Below, in pieces: positions 30,975 to 40,496 of a stretch of DNA of 54,534 nucleotides. The position numbers were made by a program, and so were the translations under genes. Under the pieces are notes generated by a model. It was not told the DNA's origin. It saw only the letters and a program-made list of their open reading frames with translations, and did no database searches. Within the stretch, counting starts at the first letter, position 1, and the number at the start of each line of letters is the position of its first letter. The DNA comes from Candidatus Gastranaerophilales bacterium (GTDB lineage: Bacteria > Cyanobacteriota > Vampirovibrionia > Gastranaerophilales > Gastranaerophilaceae). The stretch lies in the NCBI GenBank assembly GCA_947624935.1, contig CANQML010000001.1:1-54534 (forward strand). The letters are read 5' to 3'.

Positions 30975-33013
30975 ATAGTCTTAAAAATATTATTGATAGC
31001 CGATTACAGTTTGTGGCTACTTTTACCGAAAAATCGTATTGTGTTTGTAAAGATTGCGGTAGAGAGTGGAAAACTAAACTTGTAAACGGCGAAAAAGTAT
31101 ATGATTTGAAAGCAAAGTGCGATTGCGGTTGTAAAGAATACCAAAATAGGTATTTAGTTGAAAACAACGAGTTTGTTATTCAAGTCTTACAAGATTTAGC
31201 AAAAGCGTATAAGACGGAAATACACGAATATCTTGCGCCGTCTAATCTGCCCGATAAAGAAAAGCGAATACGCGACCATATAAGAGATATTATGACGAGG
31301 GTTAAGCCTATTGCAGAGGGTAGGCTTGACTACTTTACTAATCAATACACAAAATGGTATAACAAAGGCGTTGCGGAACTTCAAAGAGGCAAAAATAAAA
31401 ACAAGTATAAGAGTAGGAAAGAAATACCTATTGAAGATTTTTCACCCGAAGTAAAACAACAATTAAAAACTTATAAACAGTATGTAGATATTTTCAAAGG
31501 GTTAGTAGAAGATTATACTGCGTTAGTTGCGTTTAGGCACTTTGAAACTTTTTGTTTGTACATAGACAGAATATTCGGTAATGATATTTTTACACCCTCA
31601 ATAAGGCTATTCAAAGGGTTTTATTACTATGCTAACAAAATGGTTTTGGACGGCGATGTCAAGTTTATAGAAAAACAATGTTTTGCTGGCGCGGGCAAGT
31701 CTATAACCGACTGCGCTTTAATCTGTTGGATTTTAGGCATTGATATTAACACGGACGTGCTTAAAATCTTCGGCAATGATGAAAACATACAAAACGCTAT
31801 GGATACCATAACGCAAATAATGTGTTCGCCGTATTACGCAAAGGTATTTCCGTACTTTGAAAAGTTTAACGGCAATAAAAACGATATGTTTTCTAAACTC
31901 AAAGAGGCAAGCGGTGATTTAAAGATAAGCGGTAGTATTAAAACGCTTAATTTAAGGGTTAAGTCAAAAGGTGAGAAAACGGACGGCGTAAGAGCTAAAT
32001 TCTTATTCTTGGACGATATAGACGCAGCTGACGACACCCTCGAAAACTATAAAAAGTCTATTTTCTTATATAGAACAAGGTGGCGCAAAAGAAAATATAA
32101 CGATAATCAGTTTTATATCATTGCAAGCGGAACAACATACCACAGAGAAGATTTTTTATCATTTCTTAAAGAAAAGTTCGGCTCACAGTACGCAACGCCA
32201 TCACCGTTTGAGTTTACTTCAACGGCAAGGACTAACGAGATTACGCCTAACGGACTTTCCGTATTCTGCGTAATTTACGGGCTTGACGAAAACGATAAAT
32301 CGACTTATGAAAAGAAGTTTACAACCCAATCGTTTTTGAACGAACGAAAAGACGATTATCGTACTTTTATGGCTATGACACAACAACAGCCGTTACCGCC
32401 AGAGGGTGCGCCGTTTGATTATGATAATCTTCCTAACCTATACGGCGAAGAGGGAATACCGCACTTGCCCGACCGCTTACAGGAAGTATGCAGAGCTTCC
32501 CTCGACCCTGCAAGAAAAGGTAAAGACTTTAATTCTATGCCTATAATTGTTACAATAAACGGCGAAATGTATTTACAAGATTGTATATTCAATAACGACC
32601 CGCCCGACAAACTTCCTTATCAAATAGTCGATATGATTGAAAAACACCATATTGTAGAGTTAGATATAGAAAACAATACCGATACTACTTTTGATTTGCT
32701 TATTAAGAAAATTCTTAAAGAGCGCGGAATAATGTACTGTAATGTTACTTCGTTTTATAGTTACGAGAAAAAAGACCAAAAAATAAAGAACTATGAAACT
32801 GCAATAAAGAGTATTCATTACCCCGAACGCGATGTGTATTCTCGAAATTCGCCTATGGGGAACTTTATGTATTGGTTTACTAACTATGACTATGAACACC
32901 CGCCCAAACACGACGATAGCGTAGATAGCCTTGCTAACTATTCACAGAGATTTATAATCAATAAGCCTACGGGAGTACAGATAAAAACCTATTCTCGAAG
33001 AAAACATTATTAA
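30971..33013 (+). CDS. terL: terminase large subunit
   Basis: Walker A CFAGAGKS, Walker B KFLFLDDID, nuclease-domain motifs SLDPARKGKD and HDDSVDSLA. 680 aa with an N-terminal Cys cluster. Confidence 0.85.
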   Translation: MNSLKNIIDSRLQFVATFTEKSYCVCKDCGREWKTKLVNGEKVYDLKAKCDCGCKEYQNRYLVENNEFVIQVLQDLAKAYKTEIHEYLAPSNLPDKEKRIRDHIRDIMTRVKPIAEGRLDYFTNQYTKWYNKGVAELQRGKNKNKYKSRKEIPIEDFSPEVKQQLKTYKQYVDIFKGLVEDYTALVAFRHFETFCLYIDRIFGNDIFTPSIRLFKGFYYYANKMVLDGDVKFIEKQCFAGAGKSITDCALICWILGIDINTDVLKIFGNDENIQNAMDTITQIMCSPYYAKVFPYFEKFNGNKNDMFSKLKEASGDLKISGSIKTLNLRVKSKGEKTDGVRAKFLFLDDIDAADDTLENYKKSIFLYRTRWRKRKYNDNQFYIIASGTTYHREDFLSFLKEKFGSQYATPSPFEFTSTARTNEITPNGLSVFCVIYGLDENDKSTYEKKFTTQSFLNERKDDYRTFMAMTQQQPLPPEGAPFDYDNLPNLYGEEGIPHLPDRLQEVCRASLDPARKGKDFNSMPIIVTINGEMYLQDCIFNNDPPDKLPYQIVDMIEKHHIVELDIENNTDTTFDLLIKKILKERGIMYCNVTSFYSYEKKDQKIKNYETAIKSIHYPERDVYSRNSPMGNFMYWFTNYDYEHPPKHDDSVDSLANYSQRFIINKPTGVQIKTYSRRKHY

Positions 33014-33041
33014 AAAATATTAAAAATCTTTCAAAAAACAC

Positions 33042-33070
33042 TTGACAATAAAGGAATACGGCTATATAAT
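33042..33070 (+). promoter_or_regulatory. consensus promoter TTGACA-17-TATAAT
   Basis: TTGACA at 33042..33047 and TATAAT at 33065..33070. Confidence 0.75.
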
Positions 33071-33124
33071 AGCTATGATAGTTGAGTTCAGGCGATTATC
33101 GAAAATAAATTATTGCTAACGATA

Positions 33125-33178
33125 CCACCCCCGAAAGCGGCTGAACACGCAAGTAGGGGAGTGGTTATTGTTTTATTT
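33125..33178 (+). terminator. leader terminator/attenuator just upstream of the C5-methyltransferase
   Basis: CCACCCCC / GGGGAGTGG stem (one bulge), 23-nt loop, then TTATTGTTTTATTT. The loop segment CTGAAC can pair with upstream GTTCAG (33086). Confidence 0.45.
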
Positions 33179-33185
33179 AAGACCT

Positions 33186-34145
33186 ATGCAAATGAGTATG
33201 TTTGACGGCGAGCATAAATTAAAAATAGATAAGCCTATTCGTTTGATAGAATTGTTTGCAGGAATAGGAGCGCAAGCAAAAGCACTTGAAAGAATAGGCG
33301 TACCGTTTGAGCATTACCGCATTTGCGAGTTTGATAAATATGCAATAAAAAGTTATAATGCTATACACGGCACAAACTTTGAAACAAGTGATATAAGAAC
33401 AATTACAGCTAACGATTTAGGAATAGTTGATACAGATAAATATTGCTATATTATGACATACTCATTCCCTTGCACAGATTTATCCGTTGCGGGCAAACAA
33501 ATGGGTATGAGTAAAGGCACACAAACCCGTAGCGGGTTACTTTGGGAAGTTGAGCGGTTACTAAAAGAAATGAAAGAATTACCGCAAATACTTTTAATGG
33601 AAAATGTACCGCAAGTTATAGGGCAAAAAAATATAAAAGATTTTGCCGATTGGATAGCTTTTCTTGATACGCTTGGTTATAAAAGCAAATGGCAAGTATT
33701 AAACGCAAAAGATTTTAATGTGCCGCAAAATAGAGAGCGTTGCTATATGGTTAGCGCATTGGGGAATAACTATTTTGCGTTTCCCGATACGGTTAAATTA
33801 ACAAAAAAATTAGAAACAATTTTTGAGCCGAGTGTTAGCAAAAAATATTTTAATGTTCCTCCGTCAATGATAAAAGCATTAGAAAACGGAAAGGTGATAT
33901 TGCTAAACGATAGAGAATATTCTTGTACCGTAACTTGTAAAAATGATAGGTGGCATAATGTAGGGCTTTATATGCAAGACGGGAGAATAAGATATTTAAC
34001 TGAAAAAGAAGTTTGGCGGCTTATGGATTTTGACGATAAAGATTACGAAGTGTCAAAAAATATTCCGTCTGGACAACTTTACAAACAAGCAGGTAATAGT
34101 ATTGTTGTAGCAGTTTTACAAGCTATTTTTAATCAAATGTTATAA
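33186..34145 (+). CDS. DNA (cytosine-5) methyltransferase
   Basis: Motif I LFAGIGA, motif IV SFPCTDLS, motif VI ENV, motif VIII QNRER, motif X GNSI. ATG 33186 is preferred to the TTG at 33168. Confidence 0.9.
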   Translation: MQMSMFDGEHKLKIDKPIRLIELFAGIGAQAKALERIGVPFEHYRICEFDKYAIKSYNAIHGTNFETSDIRTITANDLGIVDTDKYCYIMTYSFPCTDLSVAGKQMGMSKGTQTRSGLLWEVERLLKEMKELPQILLMENVPQVIGQKNIKDFADWIAFLDTLGYKSKWQVLNAKDFNVPQNRERCYMVSALGNNYFAFPDTVKLTKKLETIFEPSVSKKYFNVPPSMIKALENGKVILLNDREYSCTVTCKNDRWHNVGLYMQDGRIRYLTEKEVWRLMDFDDKDYEVSKNIPSGQLYKQAGNSIVVAVLQAIFNQML

Positions 34146-34157
34146 AGGAGTAATTTT

Positions 34158-34304
34158 ATGTTTAACAAACAAAAAAGAGAAGAAAAGGAATTAGCAGTTA
34201 AGAATATCAAACAGCCTATTAGACACGATTATGAAAATGAAGAATTGAAAGTAGGCATAGAGTATTCAAAAGAAGAAAGAAAATTAGGTAAAAAGAGTGA
34301 TTGA
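34158..34304 (+). CDS. small basic protein (48 aa), not in ORF track
   Basis: AAGGAG RBS. MFNKQKREEKELAVKNIKQPIRHDYENEELKVGIEYSKEERKLGKKSD*. Confidence 0.35.
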   Translation: MFNKQKREEKELAVKNIKQPIRHDYENEELKVGIEYSKEERKLGKKSD

Positions 34305-34308
34305 CCAC

Positions 34309-34337
34309 TTGACAAGTAAATAATTATGTGATATAGT
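34309..34337 (+). promoter_or_regulatory. promoter TTGACA-17-TATAGT with an extended -10 TG
   Basis: TTGACA at 34309..34314 and TGaTATAGT at 34329..34337. Confidence 0.7.
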
Positions 34338-34466
34338 TATTATAGTGATTATAAGGTGCTGGTTTATAATCAAAATAATTAAAGGTTTATAATCCCATTG
34401 CTTATAGTGGAAGTCCAGCACACCGAAACTATTTGCAGTGGGCTTATTTTTTACTTGAAAGGCGAT

Positions 34467-34967
34467 ATGGATTACAGCACGGAATTAGATTGTTTTTTAT
34501 CTTTATGTTATAAGGCGCAACATATAATTTTTGAAAATCTAATGCGTGGCAATTATATTGCTTGCTGGACTATTGATAATCAAGAATTACCAAAATTGAC
34601 ACCGATAGAGCAAATATTTTATGTGCAAAGTTCTATAACAGCATATAACAACAATTTTGCTTTTAATTTAATTCCTCAACAAAAAATACAAAACGGCAAT
34701 AAATGTTACATTGTAGATTTTTTAATAAATTCTGTTTATTTTAGAGATAATTTGGTAAAATTGAATAAGCCTTTGGTTATTGAGCTTGACGGCAAAGATT
34801 ATCATAGCAGTACAAAGCAAATGAATTATGACTATGCAAGAGAAAATGATTTGAAATTATTAGGTTATGATATTATTAGATTTACGGGCAGTCAAATTTA
34901 TAACGACACAGAGAATTGTGTAAAAAAGGTTGCTAAATATCTAAATATTGATTTGGTTGAGGAGTAA
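34467..34967 (+). CDS. DUF559 / Vsr-like restriction-endonuclease-fold protein
   Basis: The C-terminal pattern YIVDFLI...VIELDGKDYHSS...DYARENDLKLLGYDIIRFTG matches DUF559-type nucleases as recalled. Confidence 0.5.
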   Translation: MDYSTELDCFLSLCYKAQHIIFENLMRGNYIACWTIDNQELPKLTPIEQIFYVQSSITAYNNNFAFNLIPQQKIQNGNKCYIVDFLINSVYFRDNLVKLNKPLVIELDGKDYHSSTKQMNYDYARENDLKLLGYDIIRFTGSQIYNDTENCVKKVAKYLNIDLVEE

Positions 34968-34972
34968 AGATT

Positions 34973-35836
34973 ATGGCAGTATTTAAGGTACACAAAACAC
35001 AAAATTACACGGTAATGAGCAATTACCATTTAAGGGAAAAGAATATGAGTATGAAAGCAAAAGGCTTATTGTCTGTTATGCTTTCATTACCGCAAGATTG
35101 GGATTATTCTATTAGCGGACTTTGTGCGCTTGGCATAGAAAAGGAAACCGCTATAACCGCTATGCTTAACGAGCTTAAAGAGTTTGGTTATCTTGTAGTG
35201 CAAAAGATTTACCCGAATAAAGAAAACGGCGGTAGGATAGAATATATATATAATATCTACGAACAGCCCCAAAAACAAGAGGGTAAAAAACAAGGGTTAG
35301 AAAATCAAGGGCTTGTAGGTCAAGGGGTTGAAACACAAGGGGTAGAAGATATAGGTCTATATAATAATACTAATAAACAAAATACTAATGAACAAAGTAT
35401 TGATATAAATAATATATATATAAACGGGACAAGCAATAACCTTTTATCAGTCAATGAAGTTTTGGAATTAGCTAAAACTCATTGCCGAGTGCTTTATGAC
35501 AGATTTCAACGCAAGATAGACGAGAAAGGACAAGTCCATTTATATGACACTTTACAAAATGTTTTAGACGAGATAGGTAGGTATTACACTATTGAGCAAT
35601 TAAAAGAGCTGTTTATAAAGGCAAGTAAACTGTATTGTTCTACTCCAAACTATTCTAATCTTGACTTACTATGGCTGTTAAACAACTTGAAAAAGATAGA
35701 GGACACGCCTATTAGGGAAGGTACAAGCGGTGGCGATAATTCCCCCTCAAAGTTTACTGAAACTAAAACAGCAGAGGAGTTGGAATACGAAAAGCAATTA
35801 TACGAAAAGTTAAGTAGAGTAGGGAGAGTTGACTAA
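34973..35836 (+). CDS. replication initiator/organizer with N-terminal winged helix (RepA_N / DnaD-like)
   Basis: NYTVMSNYHLREKNMSMKAKGLLSVMLSLPQDWDYSISGL...LNELKEFGYLVV. Directly upstream of the helicase-loader-like ATPase. Confidence 0.55.
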   Translation: MAVFKVHKTQNYTVMSNYHLREKNMSMKAKGLLSVMLSLPQDWDYSISGLCALGIEKETAITAMLNELKEFGYLVVQKIYPNKENGGRIEYIYNIYEQPQKQEGKKQGLENQGLVGQGVETQGVEDIGLYNNTNKQNTNEQSIDINNIYINGTSNNLLSVNEVLELAKTHCRVLYDRFQRKIDEKGQVHLYDTLQNVLDEIGRYYTIEQLKELFIKASKLYCSTPNYSNLDLLWLLNNLKKIEDTPIREGTSGGDNSPSKFTETKTAEELEYEKQLYEKLSRVGRVD

Positions 35837-36726
35837 TGGAATACAGCTTAATTGATTTGATAAAGAAAGGGTTTACTAAAATCACCGCTGACGAAAGAGA
35901 ATATTACCTCACTCACTATATATCAACGGAAGAAAAGCAAATAGGCAAACCGATTTTTGAAATGACGAAAGAGGAAGAACTTGAATACGATAGGCTTTGC
36001 TTTAACAATAAAGCGGGAAACCTAAAAGGCTATGATTGCCCGATATGCAAGAATAAGGGCGAGATTATGGTGGTAAAGGACGGAATAGCCTATTACCCCG
36101 ACTGTTCTTGTATGAAAATCCGTAGGTCGCTTGCGAATATGGAAAATAGCGGGCTTGGCAATTTACTTAACATTTACACCTTTGACAAGTATAAATGCAC
36201 TTACGATTGGCAAAAACACGCTTATGAAAGAGCAAAAGCGTTTATTACAAGCGATAGCAATTTCTTTACAATGGCAGGGCAGTCGGGGACAGGCAAGACT
36301 ATGTTATGTACAGCGGTTGCAGGAGCTTTGTTAAAACAAGGCATAGAGCTTAAATATATGCTTTGGCTTGACGAGAGCATAAAGATAAAACAAGTGGTAA
36401 ACGACAATAAGCAATACGGGAGTATGATTGAAGAACTAAAAAATATACCTGCGCTTTATATAGACGATTTTTTGAAAACCGAAAAGGGCGGTGCGCCTAC
36501 TTCCGCTGATATACGGCTTGCTAATGAGATTATAAATTATCGCTATAACAAGTGTAGAGCCGATAAATCGCAAAGGCACATAACGATTATAAGCACAGAG
36601 TGGTTATTACCGCAATTAAACGAATTTGATAATGCGCTTGCGGGGCGAATATATGAATTATCAAAACCCGATTTCTTTATACAGATAACGGGAGCGGAAA
36701 AGAATTATAGGTTGAAAGATTTTTAA
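35836..36726 (+). CDS. DnaC/IstB-like AAA+ ATPase (helicase loader) with N-terminal Cys4 zinc finger
   Basis: Walker A GQSGTGKT, Walker B LYIDDF, and CPICKN...CSC. Confidence 0.75.
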   Translation: MEYSLIDLIKKGFTKITADEREYYLTHYISTEEKQIGKPIFEMTKEEELEYDRLCFNNKAGNLKGYDCPICKNKGEIMVVKDGIAYYPDCSCMKIRRSLANMENSGLGNLLNIYTFDKYKCTYDWQKHAYERAKAFITSDSNFFTMAGQSGTGKTMLCTAVAGALLKQGIELKYMLWLDESIKIKQVVNDNKQYGSMIEELKNIPALYIDDFLKTEKGGAPTSADIRLANEIINYRYNKCRADKSQRHITIISTEWLLPQLNEFDNALAGRIYELSKPDFFIQITGAEKNYRLKDF

Positions 36727-36737
36727 GGAGATAGACA

Positions 36738-36995
36738 ATGACAGCGGAAGAATTAAACGAAATTTTTGATAATCAAGATAAAAAATTCTCTATTGAAGAG
36801 TTGAAAGAAGTTTTTATCGGATTACAAGAATATTGCAATAATAGACAAAAGGAAATTAAGAACGATTATATGAAAGGGGAAATAACACACGACAAAGCTA
36901 TTACTACTATTTATTTTTGTGCGGGGGAAGTAAATGCTTTGCAAAGAGTTCTTAACTTATTAGAGCGTTTAGACAGCGATAAAACAGAGGTGTAA
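36738..36995 (+). CDS. hypothetical protein
   Basis: AAGGAG RBS. Confidence 0.5.
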   Translation: MTAEELNEIFDNQDKKFSIEELKEVFIGLQEYCNNRQKEIKNDYMKGEITHDKAITTIYFCAGEVNALQRVLNLLERLDSDKTEV

Positions 36996-36996
36996 T

Positions 36997-37197
36997 ATGT
37001 TTTTAATTACTGACGATATTATTGATAATTTAAAACCTATTGATAGCGAAACGCTTGACAAGTTATGTACACCCGAAATTATAAACGATTTTCGTGAAAG
37101 GACTAAAAACGCTAAAATAATTCATTTACATAGCAACAAAGTTTATAAGTGGGAAAACAATGAATTGATAGAGGTTAAAAAGAGGAAAGCAAAATGA
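36997..37197 (+). CDS. hypothetical protein
   Basis: Operon context only. Confidence 0.45.
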   Translation: MFLITDDIIDNLKPIDSETLDKLCTPEIINDFRERTKNAKIIHLHSNKVYKWENNELIEVKKRKAK

Positions 37198-37418
37198 AAC
37201 AAACACCTTTTTCACTTGAAATACACTATGTCAACAATGTTATTGATAAGTGGTTTTATGATAGCGAAAGCTGTTTAGAACAAGCATACAAACAATTAAA
37301 AAGTTTTTTAATAGGCAAGAAAAAATACAAAAATATGTATGTTGAATTTTACCAAATAGGCAAACTTGTCAATCTTGACAATGTGATTTTTATTGAAAAG
37401 AAGATAATAACGCCGTAA
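37194..37418 (+). CDS. hypothetical protein
   Basis: ATGA overlap. Confidence 0.45.
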   Translation: MKQTPFSLEIHYVNNVIDKWFYDSESCLEQAYKQLKSFLIGKKKYKNMYVEFYQIGKLVNLDNVIFIEKKIITP

Positions 37419-37465
37419 ATAGTATAAGTACAGCTTATATTTATTCATAAATTTATGAAATTCTC

Positions 37466-37494
37466 TTGACAAACGAAAAATCTTGTGGTATTTT
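37466..37494 (+). promoter_or_regulatory. promoter TTGACA-17-TATTTT with an extended -10 TG
   Basis: TTGACA at 37466..37471 and TGgTATTTT at 37486..37494. Confidence 0.6.
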
Positions 37495-37529
37495 AGAATA
37501 AAATAAAGTATTATTAGATTTATGCCTAT

Positions 37530-37745
37530 ATGAGCGAACAAGAAAAAAGCGAGCTTGAAAAGAAGAAATTTCATAAAGTGTTATGTTACCGTTGCGGACT
37601 TCCATTGAATATACAGACAACGGAAGAAGTCGGGTATAAAGTATCGCAAGCAAACATAAAGGTTTGGTGCGTACATTGCCAAAGGTATTGTAAAATACAA
37701 ATTCCCGAAAACGCAAGGTTTATAAATTGTGAGGAGAAGAAATGA
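37530..37745 (+). CDS. zinc-ribbon protein (CxxC...CxxC)
   Basis: CYRCG ... CVHCQ. Confidence 0.5.
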   Translation: MSEQEKSELEKKKFHKVLCYRCGLPLNIQTTEEVGYKVSQANIKVWCVHCQRYCKIQIPENARFINCEEKK

Positions 37746-38695
37746 TAGTTATAAGCCCCCAAAATCTTAAAACTGTTGGTGCAATAGTCAATGTTGCTGA
37801 TATTGTAGCAGACAGTAACGGTGATTATGTACTTAAAGCGGGTACGCCCGTTTATGGCTCGGCGTTAAGCGAAGATAGGCAAACGGCATTAACTTTATCG
37901 GGCATAAAGGCAAGAGGAATTGTTTACAGAGATATTTACTTTGAAAATGGCGAAAAGGAAGTAAATGTTACGCTTATTGTCAATGGTATGGTAGATATTA
38001 CTTACCTTGACGAAGATATAAAGGAAAAACTCACTCACGAAGTTCAAAGTCAATTATTTAACATACAGTTTGTAAACGGTGTAGGCAGATTGTTTACAAA
38101 TGTTGCTAATAAGACACAATTATTGTCTGCAATAACAAAAGGTGGCACTATTGTTCTTGAAAGCGATATAACCGATATTACCGATAGAATTGAAATAACG
38201 AAAGATACCGAGATTGACCTTAACGGAAAAACGTTACAAGGCTCGTGCGGAAGTAATATTTCACTTCTTTGGGTAACGGGCGGTGAGCTTACTATAAGGG
38301 GCAAAGGTACAGTAAAATGTACGGACGGCTACGCGATATATGTAGGTAGCGTTGCGTTAGGCGATAAGAAAGGTAAAGTAGTTATAGAGGGCGGTACTTA
38401 TAGCGGTGAAACAACCGTTGTACACGTTATTTGCGGTACGGCTGAAATAAAAAGCGGTACATTTAAGCTGAATAACTCAATGGGTACATACGGTGCTAAC
38501 TTCTTACTTAACTGTCAAGATACTTCTATTGGCAAGGCAAGTATAGAGGTTACGGGCGGTACATATTATGATTTTAACCCCGCCGAAGCTGAAAATAACG
38601 ATTTAGGCGCAGGCAAAAAGACAACCTATGTAAAGAGCGGTTATAAGTCCGTAAAAGACAAGTCGCAAAACATTTGGACTGTTATAAAAGCATAG
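37742..38695 (+). CDS. capsid-decoration-protein paralogue fused to a C-terminal beta-helix-like domain (head fibre candidate)
   Basis: The N-terminal ~115 aa aligns with the 41121..41522 product (YVLKAGTPVYGS/YRVKAGTPLYTS; TLIVNGMVD/TLVINGMVD; IQFVNG/IQFVRG). The C-terminal ~200 aa has repetitive G-x-hydrophobic beta-strand rungs. Confidence 0.55.
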   Translation: MIVISPQNLKTVGAIVNVADIVADSNGDYVLKAGTPVYGSALSEDRQTALTLSGIKARGIVYRDIYFENGEKEVNVTLIVNGMVDITYLDEDIKEKLTHEVQSQLFNIQFVNGVGRLFTNVANKTQLLSAITKGGTIVLESDITDITDRIEITKDTEIDLNGKTLQGSCGSNISLLWVTGGELTIRGKGTVKCTDGYAIYVGSVALGDKKGKVVIEGGTYSGETTVVHVICGTAEIKSGTFKLNNSMGTYGANFLLNCQDTSIGKASIEVTGGTYYDFNPAEAENNDLGAGKKTTYVKSGYKSVKDKSQNIWTVIKA

Positions 38696-38738
38696 TTTGA
38701 TATAAAAATTACATAACGGCATAGACTGATAGCGCGGA

Positions 38739-38786
38739 GCGCAGATTAACTCTTTTATTAGGGTTAGTTTGCGCTTTTTATTTTTT
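38739..38786 (+). terminator. intrinsic terminator
   Basis: 12-bp stem GCGCAGATTAAC / GTTAGTTTGCGC (two G-T pairs), then TTTTTATTTTTT. Confidence 0.7.
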
Positions 38787-38798
38787 CAAGGGTAGTGT

Positions 38799-40397
38799 AT
38801 GGAAATTAGAGGTTGCAAAATAGAAAAGTCGGGAATACCAAAAATAGAAATTCCCGTTAGACTTAAAGATTTAGACGAAGAAGTAATTGCATACTACTTA
38901 CCTTATTGTATAGCGCAAGCGAAAGAAAATGCAAAGAAAATACGCTATTTAAATGATTATGTTGACGGCTCTTTTCAACCGATAGACAAACATATTTACG
39001 ACAAAAAAACAAGCGGAAATGCTGAAAACCGCATAAAAGAAAACCACGCTTATGAGATTATTCAATTTAAAGAGGGCTTTTATTGCGGTGATAGCATACA
39101 GTTTTCGAGTAAAAATCCCGATAAACAAGAAGCTATGTTTTGCTTAAACCAACAGCTTGTAGATACAAGTTACCACTCTAAAAGTATTGAGCGTTGGCAT
39201 AATGCGTTAGCAACGGGAACGGCAATCAGTTTTATAATGCCTCGCGCAGATATATTTAACGATATAGGCGAGGGTGAAAACAGAGTAACAACTTATAAAA
39301 CCGAAAGCGAGGGTTATAATGTAAAAACTGACGCTTGCTTTGTTTATGAAATTGTTGACGGCGAGAATAACGCTATTGTTTATTCTTCTTATATAGGCGA
39401 AAGTGGGCTTAAAGATTTATTCTGTTTTAATATTGCGCAAGTGCGCAACAGAATTACTAACCGAAACGAGCAAATTGTTACCGTTTATACGCGAGAGGCT
39501 ATATACGAATACAAAAAAGTAAACGAAAAAAATGAGTTAGTTTATGTAGCTTCAAATGTAGCATACGGCAGATTGCCTATGACGGAACACGCAACAAACA
39601 ACACGCGCATTTCGCCTATTGAAGTAATAAATGATTTGCTTAATGCAATAAACTTAACTGTTTCAATAGAAGTAAACAGCATACAAGATAAAGTATATCA
39701 ACTGTTGGTATTTTTAGGTGCAGATATAGGCGATGAGGGCGTTGACGCGCTATATCAAAACGGCGTTGTTTGCGTTCCCCCCAGCCAATTTGGAAATACT
39801 GACGTTAAAGCTATATCAAATGATTTAAAGTGTGCAGATACAAACACTTCAATCGAGCGTATGTTGACGAGAGCGTTTGATATTGTAGGCGTTCCGTTAG
39901 CAAGTGCGGCTGTTTCAAGCGGTAATAACGAGGCGGCGTATTTGGGCGGCGGTTGGACTAACGCAAGTGTTGTTGCTAAAAGAGATATTGCTTATGACGA
40001 AAGATTTGCAAAAGAGGAATTAGAAAAAATCATAAAGATTTGCTCTTTAAATCCTCAAAACCCTGTCAATGCAATAACAGCAAGCGAAATAAATATTAAG
40101 TACAACATAAACCAAAGCAATAACTTACTTGTCAAAACACAAGCAATGCAAAACTTAAAAGAAATAGGCTTTGCAATAGAAGATATAGTAAAAACTATTC
40201 CGCTGTTTAATGACGAGGCTAATGTTGCTAAACGCTGTGAAGAAAACTTAAAAAAAATACAAGAGCAATTAAAACAGTTGCAAAATTCGACTACTAACAA
40301 TTCAAACGAACAGCCTACGGGCGATAATTTGAAAGGCGAGCAAAAGCAACAGCAAGCGCAACAAACACAAGGCGAACAGGCAAAAAGCGTTTCATAA
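38799..40397 (+). CDS. portal protein (SPP1 Gp6-like)
   Basis: 532 aa, upstream of scaffold and capsid. NRIKENHAYEIIQFKEGFYCGDSIQF resembles the conserved portal N-terminal motif. Confidence 0.75.
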   Translation: MEIRGCKIEKSGIPKIEIPVRLKDLDEEVIAYYLPYCIAQAKENAKKIRYLNDYVDGSFQPIDKHIYDKKTSGNAENRIKENHAYEIIQFKEGFYCGDSIQFSSKNPDKQEAMFCLNQQLVDTSYHSKSIERWHNALATGTAISFIMPRADIFNDIGEGENRVTTYKTESEGYNVKTDACFVYEIVDGENNAIVYSSYIGESGLKDLFCFNIAQVRNRITNRNEQIVTVYTREAIYEYKKVNEKNELVYVASNVAYGRLPMTEHATNNTRISPIEVINDLLNAINLTVSIEVNSIQDKVYQLLVFLGADIGDEGVDALYQNGVVCVPPSQFGNTDVKAISNDLKCADTNTSIERMLTRAFDIVGVPLASAAVSSGNNEAAYLGGGWTNASVVAKRDIAYDERFAKEELEKIIKICSLNPQNPVNAITASEINIKYNINQSNNLLVKTQAMQNLKEIGFAIEDIVKTIPLFNDEANVAKRCEENLKKIQEQLKQLQNSTTNNSNEQPTGDNLKGEQKQQQAQQTQGEQAKSVS

Positions 40398-40496
40398 CGC
40401 ATTGTAAATAAAAGTGCAAAGAAGCACTCTAAAAAATGCAAGGGTATAAACCCCTTTTCAGAGAAGAAAAGTAAAATAAACGCAAAGGAGATTTTT

